Source: Euprymna scolopes (Eukaryota). From it: a DNA stretch of 64,000 bases. The notes beneath the pieces are model-generated. The model did not search any database. It saw nothing but the letters and a program-made list of their open reading frames with translations, and was not told the origin of the DNA. How positions within the stretch are numbered: position 1 is the stretch's first letter; each line of letters opens with the position of its first letter. Positions 12,513-25,768 of the stretch are shown in pieces. The position numbers and the translations under genes are program-made. Location: assembly GCA_053919585.1 (NCBI GenBank), contig CM132798.1. One strand, 5' to 3'.

Positions 12513-12562
<50 letters not shown>

Positions 12563-12730
12563 AAATGCGCGTGTGTATGTATATATATATAGACTTGTAT
12601 GTAATATACTGAGTTCGTGTAATTCATTAAATTTTCATATACCAATGAGTTTTAAGCCAAAGATGGTTGACTTAAAGAGTAAGCTACAAAATTATCATAT
12701 TTCATAATTGAGCATTAATATACTGTGAAA

Positions 12731-12780
<50 letters not shown>

Positions 12781-12944
12781 GACTTATTTTTTTAACATGA
12801 CGAATTAAAAAAGGATTAGTTAACCAGCTTCAAACCTTGGTTAATAGAGCCAAATTAAGGTTAGGATTACGATTAAGAGAAAAAAAATATGGAAATTATA
12901 ATGAGGGCAAATGAAAAAAAAATCGGATGGCAAATGGAAAGTAC

Positions 12945-13590
12945 ATTTTTTCTTTTTTTTTTTTTTTTTACACAGTGATCACCACTTATCAAGGCCCGGA
13001 AGCCACTCAGGGATAAGGGTTATTGCAAGTACATTACGTTAGTGAGGAGATTTGCTGAAGTGTTTACTTAAGGGGGCGGTTCATTAGGAATTTGTTAACA
13101 TTGAACTTGAAGACATCCAAGTTGTAGTCCGGAGGGAAGCAGGCAGACGGAACAGAATTCCACAGGCGTGCAGTTCTAAGAAAGAAGCTTTGTTCATGGA
13201 ATCCGCGTTTTGATTTAGGCACAGATATAGAGTGGGGGAAATTTTTCACAGTGGATTCAGCTAGACGGGTGTTTTTCGTGAAAGATTGGCGAAGGGGGGC
13301 CAGAGATTGGAGTTCAGACGAGCATCTGCCATGGAAATAACGATAAAACAAGGACAGGCTCGCAACGTCTCTTCTGTGGGAGAGAGGTTGCAGGGTAGAG
13401 AAAAGGACATCCCCCACTAAGCCACAAAGTCTATTTTGTACTCTGTCAAGGCAGGATAGGCTGTTTTTAGCAGCTCCTGCCCAGATATGGCAACAGTATT
13501 CCATCCTTGGACGTACTTGGCTTTTATATAGATAGAGAATTGCATCAGTAGTGAGATATCTTCTGGAGCGGTAGAAGGATCCCACCATCA
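12945..13590 (-). mobile_element. CR1-Zenon-like LINE 3' end with intact ORF C-terminus
   Basis: MVGSFYRSRRYLTTDAILYLYKSQVRPRMEYCCHIWAGA...FLMNRPLK; poly(T) on the plus strand at 12945-12969. Confidence 0.92.
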
Positions 13591-13739
13591 TTAAGTCTGA
13601 GAAGATTTTCTCTTTGCTTAAAAAGAGAAGTTCGCAAAGATGTAATGTAAATATTAACATACATATATATGTGTGTGTGTGTGCGCGCGTGTGTATATGT
13701 GTGTACCACAAGAATATCCTCAAACAGAACAGCTTTGCA

Positions 13740-14190
13740 TTAATTTTATTGTGCCTTCTTACAAAGATTTAAATCAAGATATAAAACCTTATGTCTAGAA
13801 TCCTTATTTCAATGTTTTCAAAGTCCATACTCTGCATTTCCTAGTAATTGCACCCCAGGCGATTAGCAATAAAAAACATTTCTCAAATAGAGTAGGAGGG
13901 TAGAAAGTAGATCATCGGTTTACTTTCTGTAGCTTCATAATTCTCGCCTCATTTATTTGTCCTTTAGTTCTCACATTCCATGGACGATGTTTTTGACAAA
14001 GAAGGAATAATTGCTGTTTTCTGGGTTGGAATCTATCCGTCTAACACTTATCATTGTCTGGATTTTACCTTAAAGTATTGTTTTTTACCTCCTTAAATAA
14101 AATGGTTTCATGCCTTCTCTGTGGCATTTTTCATAGAAAAAAGGATGTAAAGCCTGGGAGTCCAACAAAAGAATGATGCCAAGGACATAT
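13740..14190 (-). mobile_element. Very degenerate RTE-like LINE endonuclease fragment
   Basis: WNVRT motif on the minus strand at ~13965-13980; the rest is disrupted. Confidence 0.3.
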
Positions 14191-14500
14191 TCTCAATTGA
14201 TATGAATAGTAGATGGTGAACCAAGCATTTTGAAAAAATGTTTATAAACTGGTAGAGTATGTGACTGGTTCAGGTAAAGAATGCGAGTTTCAAGCCTACT
14301 GGAATTTGACTCGATTTTAGAAAAAATAAACCTGGCCATCATGAAATATATCTTGAGAATGAATCCCCGGCTGCCAATCGTCAATTCAGTTGTTATTTAA
14401 TAAAATTGACACAACTGACGGATACACTTTTTATGTTATTGTTGTTCATTGATTATCAGGTATTTGTGCATTTGTTTATAAATAATTGGAAATCAATATG

Positions 14501-14514
14501 GTTGCCATAGCAAT
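14501..14514. promoter_or_regulatory. RFX X-box-like site in the CAPSL intron
   Basis: GTTGCCATAGCAAT, 13/14 match to GTTGCCATAGCAAC. Confidence 0.4.
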
Positions 14515-16219
14515 AATCTGTTGTGCTTTGCAGATCAGAAAAGTATGCATCACTAATACCAGCCTCTTTTAGTTGAATATATGGTTAGGAGACGAAAATA
14601 AAAATGAAATATTAAGTTACAAAGTTCATATAAAGTTCTGTTATTGTATGCTGCAGAGGGCCGAAAAGTGTAAAAGTATCAACAAATGATACCTCGGATG
14701 TGATATTTAGATACAGGCAAAATGGTTGACGGAGAAGATGACTGGAAAGGCAGACATCGCCTTTGGACGCAGGCCACAGCTGAAGAAGACATTCTACCCC
14801 TCCTCCACATGACCAACCATGGCTATCAAACATCTCAACAATCTCAGCCCAGAACCAACACCAAGCCTTTGACTTCATACTGAATGGAAAAGGTCAAGCT
14901 AAGCAAGCCTCAACAACACTCTTCAAGGCCTACCGTTTCTCTCCAACAGCATAAACAGCAACCAAACTCTTACAGGCATTCATCAAGCACTATAAAACTC
15001 CACAAACATCACCAACAATGGAAGAAGTCGCACCAGTTAAAGACGAGTTAAGCTGCAACACACACACACTGAAAAAACTCAACAACTGGACGTTCAATTA
15101 TTCACTCAGTGGACCCAATGACTTCAAACGACGTGCTCCGGCACCAGTACAGACTAATTGTAACTGGTTCTGCAGACTCAGTTGCAAACCTTGTGCAACT
15201 GAATTCGACCAGAGAGTACCAACAATCTCGAGAATTCACCTCGCAATATCTACCCTATTTTGAGTGTAAATGGACTCTTCCAGAGAGTATGAATAGATTA
15301 AGTGTTGTTGCAGTCATTGGTTATTGAGTTATTTTTTATCTGTTTTTGTTCTGACCTTAAAGGGTCGATAATAATTAAGGCAACATAGTGAATGTTTTTA
15401 AAAGAGTGTATTTACAGAAATACATATATAGTATGTTACAGATGATCTGCGTCTGATACTGTAGCTATGACTGCCACTGATGACTCTCATGACATGTAGT
15501 CATAAGTTTATACATAGTCTCTGGAAGATTCCATTTATATCTGAAATAAAGTAACAAGTCCTAATTGCTTTTAGAACCAGCTTTAAGATAATGCAACCAA
15601 AGCAGTTGAATCAGGAAATGTGCAGCACTTTGATATAGAGTACATTAAAAAAATACTAGCAGTTTAAAAAATTGTTTATCTATAAACTATACTATAAGTA
15701 TCTATGTTGGCTTTTGGGCTGGGATTGAAGTGTAGTAGCTGTTCTGATAGTGTATTATGGTGTGCATGGTGTGCAGATGTAAATTCATGCAAAATGACAT
15801 AACCGATAAAAGAAAAAGGACTATAAAAAAGATAAAGAGAACGATCACATGAGAAACGTGGAGCAAGATAATGTTCAAGATCTCGTGAGAGGCTTGGAGA
15901 ACGTTCTAGATCACATGTGTGACATAATGGCTGTGACAATGAGGAAAGAAATGTTATTGTTACAAAGAAAAAGCGAATTGGAGTTATTTCCTATTCTTTG
16001 TCTTGGTCTCCTTTGCGACTGAAACTGCACACAACATGTGTTGGCCCACCGACAACGTTACAATACTACACTTCATCTTTTCTGTCTTCAGTCAATGAAG
16101 GAGAACTTCTTCAAAAATAAATAAATTTTTATTTTTGTTCCAATCCAAAGTGCCCCTTTTAGTGAGAGCTGGATTTTCCTTTCATTATAAATCTATCATG
16201 TGTCTAATTCTTCCCTCGT

Positions 16220-16335
16220 GGGGAGAGTACTGGAAATCTGGGGAGATTGCTGTCACTCAGACTCCAGAGAATATCACAAGTTGTTCTCAAAGAGAGATCT
16301 TTGATGATGGCCTGTGTGACTACTTTTAGTAAGTT
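16220..16335 (+). mobile_element. R4/Dong-like (RLE) LINE 3' tail
   Basis: gagagtactggaaatctggggagattgctgtcactcagactccag...; second copy at 17010-17145. Confidence 0.55.
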
Positions 16336-17009
16336 NNNNNNNNNNNNNNNNNNNNNNNNNNNNNNNNNNNNNNNNNNNNNNNNNNNNNNNNNNNNNNNNN
16401 NNNNNNNNNNNNNNNNNNNNNNNNNNNNNNNNNNNNNNNNNNNNNNNNNNNNNNNNNNNNNNNNNNNNNNNNNNNNNNNNNNNNNNNNNNNNNNNNNNNN
16501 NNNNNNNNNNNNNNNNNNNNNNNNNNNNNNNNNNNNNNNNNNAGAGAATCGAATCAGAGGAATGGCTGAGAAGATAACAATAATGAAAACGGCTGAAAAA
16601 TTATGGAAAACCCTTGAATGCAGAAACTAACACATATGGCTACAAACGATAACTGGCCATATAGAAATTGCAACAAAGCTGAAACAAAAAGATAGAAGAA
16701 TATTACATGGATTCAAGAAAATCGAAACCTGATAAATTGTAAGCTACTCACTCCCACCACCACCACCACAAAAAATATATAATGTTGGCATCAACTGGCA
16801 TGACACCAAATAGTATTGAAAGGTCAAGGAGGATGGAAAGACCGAGGAGAGAAAGCACTAACTAGACTTCTACTGAATGAGTGCAAAGAGGACTGGAACC
16901 TTGGGGATGCTTATTGACACCCAAATTCCAGTGCTAGCCAATGGTCGGTGCCAGCGATTAATCAATGGTAAACGGCTGTTGCGATAATGCAAATTCATCT
17001 GCAAATGTT

Positions 17010-17145
17010 ATTGGAAGAGCTGGAGAGTACTGGATATCTGGGGAGACCTGTTGTCACTCAGACTGCAAGGAACACTACAGATTGTTGTCAGTGATAAATT
17101 TCTGATGATGACCTGTGTAAGAACTCTTAGTAAGTAACAATAATG
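17010..17145 (+). mobile_element. R4/Dong-like LINE 3' tail
   Basis: Matches 16220-16335 and ends in a taa-rich tail. Confidence 0.55.
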
Positions 17146-17199
17146 AATATATTATTTGGCTTATCTGAAAACTGTACTGCAGTTGTAAGTTACACTCTT

Positions 17200-17500
17200 C
17201 AGGAGGTTATAGTTCAATTCTCAGGGGATACTCAAAATACAATCACGAATTACTTGGGATTTCTACCCAGTCATGACTGATTGAACAAGAACGTGCTACC
17301 CCCGTAGATTAAATAAAGGTTCTGTTCAAAATTCCATGCAGACTCCCGAGTTCGACAGAAACATTTCTGAGTTCAACAAGATACACCGGAAGAAGGTCGG
17401 AGTTGACATCAAATTAAACATTGTGAGAATAACATTCCAGATGAGAACACTAGTTTGAATAATATGAATAATCAATCCTCATCTCAAAAAATTCAGAAAC
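17200..17500 (+). mobile_element. SINE-like element with B-box remnant and Penelope-type HHR tail
   Basis: Aligns by eye with 62315-62636; degenerate CCGGAAGAAGGTCG...AAAC at ~17386-17420; ends tcatctcaaaaaattcagaaac. Confidence 0.7.
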
Positions 17501-17902
17501 AGGAGTCAAAGATGTTCTACATTTTTATTTCGATGGACAACATCTGTTAAGGAACCCCATATAACCTGTACTCTGTGAAGGCAAGAAAGCGTGCTCTATC
17601 GTATGGCATAACTGACTCTTATACAGGTAGAGAATTGCGTCAGGCATCTGGCACTCTCTGAAATGGTAGATTGATCTAACCATTTTTTTCTGTGACCTAA
17701 GCAACAGATTTAATTTGAAAGAATTTTTAAACCTATGTATATAGTTCAGTTAAATAGGAAAGGATCAAATATAAGTTAACCGAAAATGAAAAGAAAATGA
17801 AAGAAACATTCGATTGAACACAAGTAATTATTTTACCCATAGTTATTGAGGACGTTGCAGGTTCATACCGTTCCCAGTAATAATAGAGCATAAGTAATTC
17901 AT

Positions 17903-18070
17903 TCGACTATTGTCGAGGGTGACCTAAAGGCCCCCTTTTCAATGGCTACTTAACTGAGATATAAGGGAAGGTGCTACTTTTATCACTCGATTTCTCCACT
18001 TACCCTTGATCTACACTTTATAATGCTGAGAAAAGAGACCATTTCTTTTTTAGTCTTTTTGTAGGACTGA
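17903..18070 (-). mobile_element. MetaSINE-like SINE fragment
   Basis: Reverse complement resembles the Meta-domain SINE body (aaagactaaaaaagaaatgg...ctcagcattataaag..gatcaagggtaagtggag); related to 32459-32648. Confidence 0.6.
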
Positions 18071-18720
18071 ATAAACTTAGATTTTTTTTTTTACTATATT
18101 ATTAATTTCTGCAACACTTATTACTAGCGGGATGTTCTGAATATTCCATACTGCTTTCTATATTAGTCTGTATAATTTATTTTTAATAATAATATTCCTT
18201 TCAGAATCAAGGTCAATACTTATTAAGAAAAAAAAGCTGATTTTATTTTTTCCGTAAATACATAAATGTATCTTCTTTATTTATTTTTATTTATTTTTTG
18301 TGTATTTGAAATTGTAGCAATCGACAGGATGATAGAATTTGATTTCAGAACAATTCATTTCCATATGAGTATAATCGGATGTATTATCCTCTAGCGATAT
18401 CAGATTAATCACCATTTTTTAGTCCTTTATATGGTTGCATTAAATTAATTCATTACAATATATTATTACTCACTGTATCATAAATATAATAATGTTTACA
18501 TACATTTTAAAGTCTAAAATATTCCACCCCACCCCCCCGTTTTTCTTTTTAATTTTAACAAGGTATTTTTTTTTAATTTTAACCAGGTATTTTCCAGAAA
18601 ATTGTAATTGCATTAAAATAGAATTTAATTATGCTAGTCAGACGATCTCTTTTGCCCGTGTGTGTATGTGATAGGTGATAAAATACATATGAACATTGAC
18701 ATGCCTTATTATATAGATTA

Positions 18721-19557
18721 CTAGCATTTCAACCCGGCGTTGCCCGGGTGTTTGGAGGTGTATGTTGAGAAAAAAAAAAGTGACGTAGGAAGGTAGGCTC
18801 GAACCTGTACCGCGAAGAAGGAAAAGAACGGGAAAAAAACGTGACGTCTTTGCTGTTACGACCACTGCCAAACCGGAAGTGACGTAGGTTTAAATTAAGG
18901 CTAGACAATCGAAAAGAGGGGATGACTTTCGAAAATATCGGTGAAAAAAAGCGACCCCCCCCTGTAGAAAAGTGCCCAGTTGAGGGTGAAGAAATTGATG
19001 TTTTTAGCCAATTTTTCGGTATTTGTCGTCTGAAGGGTCGAGCTTCAGAACAATACTGATCTTGTGAAAATCCGTCGCCTCTGTCGACAGTTTTAGGTAC
19101 ATATGCAAACATACATACATACATTTATATATTGGTAGCTCACATTTTCGACCCAAACCAATTAAAAAGCTTGCCCTATCTCTGAATGCCCTTTATGTAA
19201 AATTTCAAATGTTTAGACCAGAAATTGTTTGAGTAATTTGGTAGAGACCGCAGAGGTTAATTTTTTTTTAATTTGACCCCTATTATGACCCCTTAACATT
19301 TGTTTTGGGCTCAAATCAAGTTATTAAGTTAGATCCATGTCCAAGTAACCTATATCTAAAATTTTAAGTGTTTAGACCCAAAACTGGCGGAGGAGTTTGG
19401 TAGAGTTCTCGAAGGTCAAATCGTTGAACTTTGACCCCTTAACAGCCAAATTTCTGACCGAAAACGGATTACAAAGATTTTCCCAAATCTCCATACCATG
19501 TATATCAAATTTCGAGTCTGTAGACTGAAAATTGACAGAGTTATTGTATAGGGAAAT

Positions 19558-19595
<38 letters not shown>

Positions 19596-19610
19596 TTATA
19601 TATATATATA
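18721..19610 (-). mobile_element. Non-autonomous Helitron (possibly composite)
   Basis: 3' hairpin CCCGGGCAACGCCGGG then CTAG|T at 18721; body shared with 1225-2069 and 19613-20042. Confidence 0.8.
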
Positions 19611-19612
19611 TA

Positions 19613-20042
19613 CTAGCATTTCCGCCCGGCGTTGCCTGGGTGTTTGGAGGTGTATGTTGAGCAAAAAAAAAAAAAATGGTCAATTTATTTTTAATTTTAC
19701 CCCTATTATAACCCCTTAACATTTATTGTTTTGGGTTCAAATCAAGTTATTAAGTTAGATCCATGTCCAAGGAACCTATATCTAAAATTTCAAGTGTTTA
19801 GACCCCAAATTGTCGGAGGAGATTGGTAGAGTTCTCAAAGGTCAAATCGTTGAACTTTGACCCCTTAACAGCCAAATTTCTGGCCGAAAACCGATCATAT
19901 CGATTTTCCCAAATCTCAGTACCCTGTATATCAAATTTCGAGTCTGTAGACTAAAAATTGACAGAGTTATTGCGTAGGGAAATGTAAACAGACACACAGC
20001 CAGACAGACAGACACGTTAACTTTTATAGATATATAGATAGA
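19613..20042 (-). mobile_element. Complete non-autonomous Helitron (~430 bp)
   Basis: 5' A|TCTATCTATATATC at ~20042; 3' hairpin CCCAGGCAACGCCGGG then CTAG|T at 19613. Confidence 0.85.
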
Positions 20043-20068
20043 TTTGTTTATTATATTTAATCGTCTTA

Positions 20069-20392
<324 letters not shown>

Positions 20393-20432
20393 TCAGAAAA
20401 AAAGCACCTGTCTCTCCCGTATTTGTTTTGCA

Positions 20433-20447
20433 GTTGTCCATAGCAAC
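20433..20447. promoter_or_regulatory. RFX X-box-like motif ~230 bp upstream of the CAPSL ATG
   Basis: GTTGTCCATAGCAAC. Confidence 0.5.
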
Positions 20448-21647
20448 AGCCAAGAAAGATAATTACCAACATAAGGAAGAGTTATTGCCCTTGGTAGTAA
20501 TTTTAGCGTAATTTTGTTTTGTCTAAATATTTGGGATAATATTTCATCGGACTATTGTTTTCATGAACTTTAATATTATTATTGTTGTTACAGCTATTTT
20601 CAGTAAATAACTTGGATGAGTGATCTCGGAGTGAAGAGCGAGGGCTGTCTTTGGTTGTTGTAGTATTTATGAGGTTATATTGAAACTGGTGGCTTCCAAA
20701 TAGCTGTTAAATTCTAACAACTAATTCTGTGTAATTTTCTCAACGATAAATGGGCAAACTAATCCAATTCCACCGTATTAATTTGATTTTTTTTTCTTTA
20801 CAAATATTTATTTGTGTGCTAATTTCTGCGGATTAAATTTTATTTTTATGCGTTGTTTTGCAAATGATAGTTTTTTTTTTCTGATAGTGCAACTTTCTTT
20901 CTTTTCTTTTTTTTTACAACTATTTTTCATTTTTATTTTATAAATATTCCAAATTATGATTTCAGCAACTTCAATAAAAAGCTTTATTAAAAAAAAAATT
21001 CCCTAACCTCAACACTGAGGCTAAATCGGGCGTCAATTACTCTTTTTCTTTGCTGGTTGGTGTGGAGAGTTTTATTTTTGGAAGGTGTTGTTACCACCCG
21101 GACTTAGGGTTAGTGATAAAGTTAAGAAGAATATGATTTATTTTGCAAGAAATAAATAATAAATTTGAACAGTATCTTATGAAAAGTGAAATTGCAATAT
21201 ATCACACATTAAGCGTCATGATAATGACGTATCCAATTTCAAATATTATCAAAGAAATTGTCTTTTTTATGCGACTGAAAATTTAGCGCTCTTTTTTACG
21301 ATTTCTTTTTCTTTAAAAATGTTTGAAATTTAGTGAAAATCGCTCCAGACAAGATATGAAGCCACTTAATGTAAGGAACTATTACTTCAAAGCCAGGCAC
21401 TAGCCAACGATAAGTATTAGATGGATAGATTTCAACCAACTAAGAAAACAGCAATTTTTCGCCCTTTATCACAAACACTGCTTATGGAATGTGGTGACTA
21501 AAGGACAAAATAAAAGAAGCGTGAATTTAATGTCTCTCATCACGTTTAGAGCACGAATATCAGGGGATTTTTTTTTTCATACACTAAGGAAAGAAGGATA
21601 ATGGACATTTATTTATAGACAATCTAAATTAAATAGTTATTCGTCCT

Positions 21648-21693
21648 ATCCAGTTTCTTATCGCACAGTTCACTGTGCGATAAGAAACTGGAT
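21648..21693. repeat. Perfect 22-bp-stem hairpin
   Basis: atccagtttcttatcgcacagt-tc-actgtgcgataagaaactggat. Confidence 0.95.
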
Positions 21694-22249
21694 GACGATT
21701 TTTTTATTTGTAATATTTTCTTTTATTTATAATAAAAAAATTTTTAAGTCTTTAATTACAGAACGCCATAAGAATTTATATTCTTGCTTTTTTCAGACCA
21801 CTAGCATAATCTAATACTAAATCTACAGTTACAATGGGAAGTATCGTTCTGTACTCTCAATGGCCTATCCCATCATGTTTTTACTGGGTTCTTCTTAACA
21901 CTCACTTTTGTTTTTTAATTGTTTTATTTTGTTTATTTGTTGTTTTTATTGTATTTTTTTTTTTTTTAATTTAAGTGACTGTTATTTCAAAATTCTCTTC
22001 CATCTGAACTCTGACAAGATTTTGGTATCGTAACCAAAATTCGTCTCCAGGTAATAATAAATAAAAATAAAAAAGTGAAACAACAGAATCAAATAAAGTA
22101 AACCTGGAAAGTAATTAAGTCCTATTTTATTTCAAACAAATAAAACTCGTTGCTTTTGCTTCCAAACGTACAGTTTACAAGGTTAACCAAAGTAATAATT
22201 TAAAAAAATTAATTAATTAATTAAATTAAAAACGAATACATAAATAAGG

Positions 22250-22845
22250 AATTCTCGGGTTTGTATTACTGTACACACAGATTCAAAACAGTTGTCAAAA
22301 AACAAATATATAACAAATAAATGTTATCAAAGGCAAGATAAGTTACTTTTCAACCTAACTGGATAGTGTTTTAGTGTTTTTATTCAATGTAACATGTTTA
22401 TTCAGCTCGAAAAACAGTGTTTACCGATGTATTGGAAAATTAAAAATGGCGCCCAACTCTCTCTTTGACACGGTAAGTTTGAGAAAAGGAGTTAAAAATA
22501 AAAAATGTACAAAATACTGTTAAAAACCCATCGAATATGTCAGCCTATGTCACGGTAACATATAGTGAGCGAGTTTCTAACAGTATTTTGTATAGGTTTT
22601 TTATTTATAACTCCTATTCTATAACTTACCGTGTCAACAAGAGAGTCGGGCGCCATTTTTAATTTTCCAATACATTGGCAAACACTGTGTTTTTCGAGCT
22701 GAATAAACATTAAATAAAAACACTAGAAAATTATCCAGTTAGGTAGAAAAGTAACTGATCTTGCCTTTGATAACATTTATTTGTTATGTATTTGTTTTTT
22801 GACAACTTTTTCGAATCTATGTTTACAGTAATACAAACTCGAATT
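22250..22845. mobile_element. ~600-bp foldback/MITE (long inverted arms)
   Basis: The left half is the reverse complement of the right half throughout; its centre recurs at 48235-48310. Confidence 0.88.
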
Positions 22846-22986
22846 CGCTATATGAGAGACAATTCTTTAAATGAATTATCGCCCTGAGCGATACAAACGA
22901 AATGCAGAAAATCGGAACTAATCTCATTTTTCTACCCCCAAAACAAGGGGAAAACAATATTGGTCTCATTTGAACAAAGAAATGAC

Positions 22987-24130
22987 TGTTGTAAGTAAAA
23001 CAAATACTGTACACCCTTTGAATAAGGTTTTTATTAGCACAAAAGAACGATACATCGGGTCCGACGTCAACACTATGAAGTAACATGGCGGACACTACTG
23101 GAGTAGTATACAGAGCTAGCGTTTCATCAGGGAGAGTGCTATTGGGAAGTTTCATATCCATACAAAACACAATACAACATTCTCCCCTACATTAAATTAG
23201 AAAGTTCCTGTCGTGGGTGGAAAGTTCATTCAAGTATTAGTGTATGAAGGTGGGTTGATCACAACCAATGCACCGAATGTAGTTTAATAGTTCAGGTTCA
23301 CAATGTTAAAACTCACTAATTCGGCCAGCACAAGGAGTGCAATTTAATAGTTCTGATGCACAAAATAAATTTAATCAAGATTCACTAAACTCTAGAATCA
23401 CAAATTCAACTTATCTGGTGGTCTTCTACTACATTCTGACCGTCGCAAAACAGGTGGTTCTACTGGTGGGGGTGAATTTTCCTCTTGCTGATCTGCTTGT
23501 GTATCATTCCAGTTTTCCGAGTCAAGTGGGTGATCGGTGAATTGGAAGTCTTTTAACAGGACCAAGTCACATGTAGATAAAGTCATCTGCCTACCCTCGT
23601 TAGATCGAACAAAGGCATAATGGGGGTTAGCATCTAGAAGTTCAACCTTATCAACCAGAGGTTCATATATTTAGTTAACCGGTTGTGTCTCCACATTAAA
23701 ACAAAACCAGATTCGGTCATCCAAGATATCCGCTGTCCCGAACACTGATCTTCTTGGGTTTTTAAACAGGCGCTCATGAGGTGTCTCATTTGTGGCTGTG
23801 GATATTAAAGACCGAATGGAATGGAGAGAGTCTGCTAAAACCTTTTCCCAGTGCTCAGTTGGCAAATCTTTGTCTTTCAATGATAATGAAATAATTTTCC
23901 ACACTGTTCCATTCATTTGCTCCACTTGACCATTCCCCTGCGGGTGATATGGAGTGCTGTAGCTGGTGGAGATCCCTTTGCCGTGCATATAATTCTTGTA
24001 CTCAGCACTCTTGAAACAAATCCCGTTATCTGAATGAACTTGGCTGGGCATGCCAAATATAGAAAACAGGTGGGAGCAAGATTGCAGTACACTCTGGGTA
24101 CTTGTGCCTTTGCAAGGGTATACAAATGAG
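22987..24130 (-). mobile_element. Gypsy LTR retrotransposon 3' part: integrase, PPT, 3' LTR (22987-23179)
   Basis: VHSDNG...STPYHPQGNGQVEQMN integrase core; LRRSECSRRPPDKL tail; PPT AGGGGAGAA immediately followed by a TGTTGTA...TACAACA LTR containing AATAAA. Confidence 0.9.
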
Positions 24131-24574
24131 AAGTGGTTGTATTCATTAACTAATTAATCGATTCGAGTTTGACTTTCTCGTCTTTACGATAAACTACTTT
24201 TTTTTTTTTTTTTTTTCTTGAAAAGGAACTTCTTTTCTTTCCTTCAACAGGAAAGTTTCAGTCGGAGATTTTTTCGTAAGGACAGTCGAAATTTTTGAAC
24301 ATCTGTATTCTTACAGATGGAGAACAGAGAAAACATACCTTTTGGGGTCGGAGGTAGTTTTGTTTTTGATTCAAAAATAGGCGCCAGAAAAGATTGCAAA
24401 GGAATTCCATTCTCACATACCCAATCAGCGCTCATCTTGCCAAACTTTCACAAAAAAACACTCTACTAGCTACAACCACAATCAACAACCCACTCTCTAT
24501 CTGTACCTAAATCTAAACGCAGACTCCATGAACAAAGTTTCTTTCCTAGAACTGCCTGTCTGTGGAACACTGTC

Positions 24575-25768
24575 CTATAAAGGTTTACTTCACAAGATCT
24601 CTAGCTATGGTATAGCTGGAAATGTCTTCTCAATTATTAAATCATTTCTTTCTGATAGGTTCATAAGAGTAGTAGTTGAGGGGCGAAAATCAGAAGCTCA
24701 CAGTATTAATGCTGGTGTCCCTTAGGGCTCCATCCTGGGCCCAACTCTTTTCCTGATCTACATTAATGATCTTCCAAATCACATCCTTACATCATTTGTA
24801 GACATTTATGCTGATTACACTACCATTTATGATAGCACATCTAAGACAGTAAACGACCAAGTTCTCTCTGATTCTCTCTCCTCTGATCTTGAGCACGTGG
24901 TACAATGGGGAAAGGAGTGGATGGTTACTTTTAATGCATCTAAAACCAAGCTTCTCTCTTTACATCATCAACATTCTGATCCACATCTGGCATCAATTGA
25001 AATGAATGGCTCTCGTCTTCAGGAGGCCTCAAGTTTTGACAAGCTTCTTGGCTTGACAATTACTCCTGATTTTAAATGGAACACGTACATCAAATTTGTT
25101 GCCAGGGCCGCTGGAAAAATGGTGGGATCTTTCTATCGATTCAGTAGATATCTCACTGCTGGTGCAATTCTCTATCTATATAAGAGCCACGCACGTCCAA
25201 GGATGGAATATTGTTGCCACATCTGGGTAGCAGCTGCTAGAAAGAACTCGTCCTGCCTTGATAGAGTTCAAAATAGACTTTGTAGCCTCGTAGGAGATGT
25301 CCTTTTCTCTTCGCTGCAACATCTATCTCACAGAAGAGACGTTGCGACCTTGTCTCTGATGTATCGTTATTTTCATGGAAAGTGTTCCACTGAGCTTCAG
25401 TCTATGGTCCCCCCTCGCCAAACTTTCACAAGAAACACTCGTCTAGCTGTACACACTATCAATAATTCCCCACACTCTTTATCTGTGCCTAAACCTAAAC
25501 GTAGATTCCATGAACAAAGTTTCTTTCTTAGAACTGCACGCCTGTGGAATTGTCTTCCATTTTCCTGCTGAGTACAATATGGTTGTCTTCAAGTCTAACA
25601 TAAATAAGTTCTTGATGAGCCGTTCCATATAAGTTAACAAATTTACCGAATTTTCATTACTAATGATTACTATATTTTCCAATTTCTACTGTACACTCTT
25701 TAACCCTTATCCTTGAGTGGCCTCTTGGCCTTGATAATGTGGCGATGCCTGTGTAAAAAAAAAAAAAA
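24575..25768 (+). mobile_element. CR1-Zenon-like LINE, RT and 3' end
   Basis: GVP*GSILGP, YADY, LYKSHARPRMEYCCHIW; same 3' tail and poly(A) as the other copies. Confidence 0.92.

Larger units (their letters stand above)
12070..12515 (+). mobile_element. Retrozyme-like tandem repeat (284-nt monomer; tRNA-Asp-like Pol III cassette plus type I hammerhead)
   Basis: Two HHR folds at 12183-12226 and 12467-12510, exactly 284 nt apart, within a duplicated unit; tRNA-like segment at ~12381-12452. Confidence 0.72.

Noticed and set aside
14600-15370. Possible Gypsy integrase remnant
   Set aside because: Too degenerate to support; only vague motif resemblance.
15478-15510. CTGATGA hammerhead-like start
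   Set aside because: No GAAA after the putative stem II and no convincing stem I or III.
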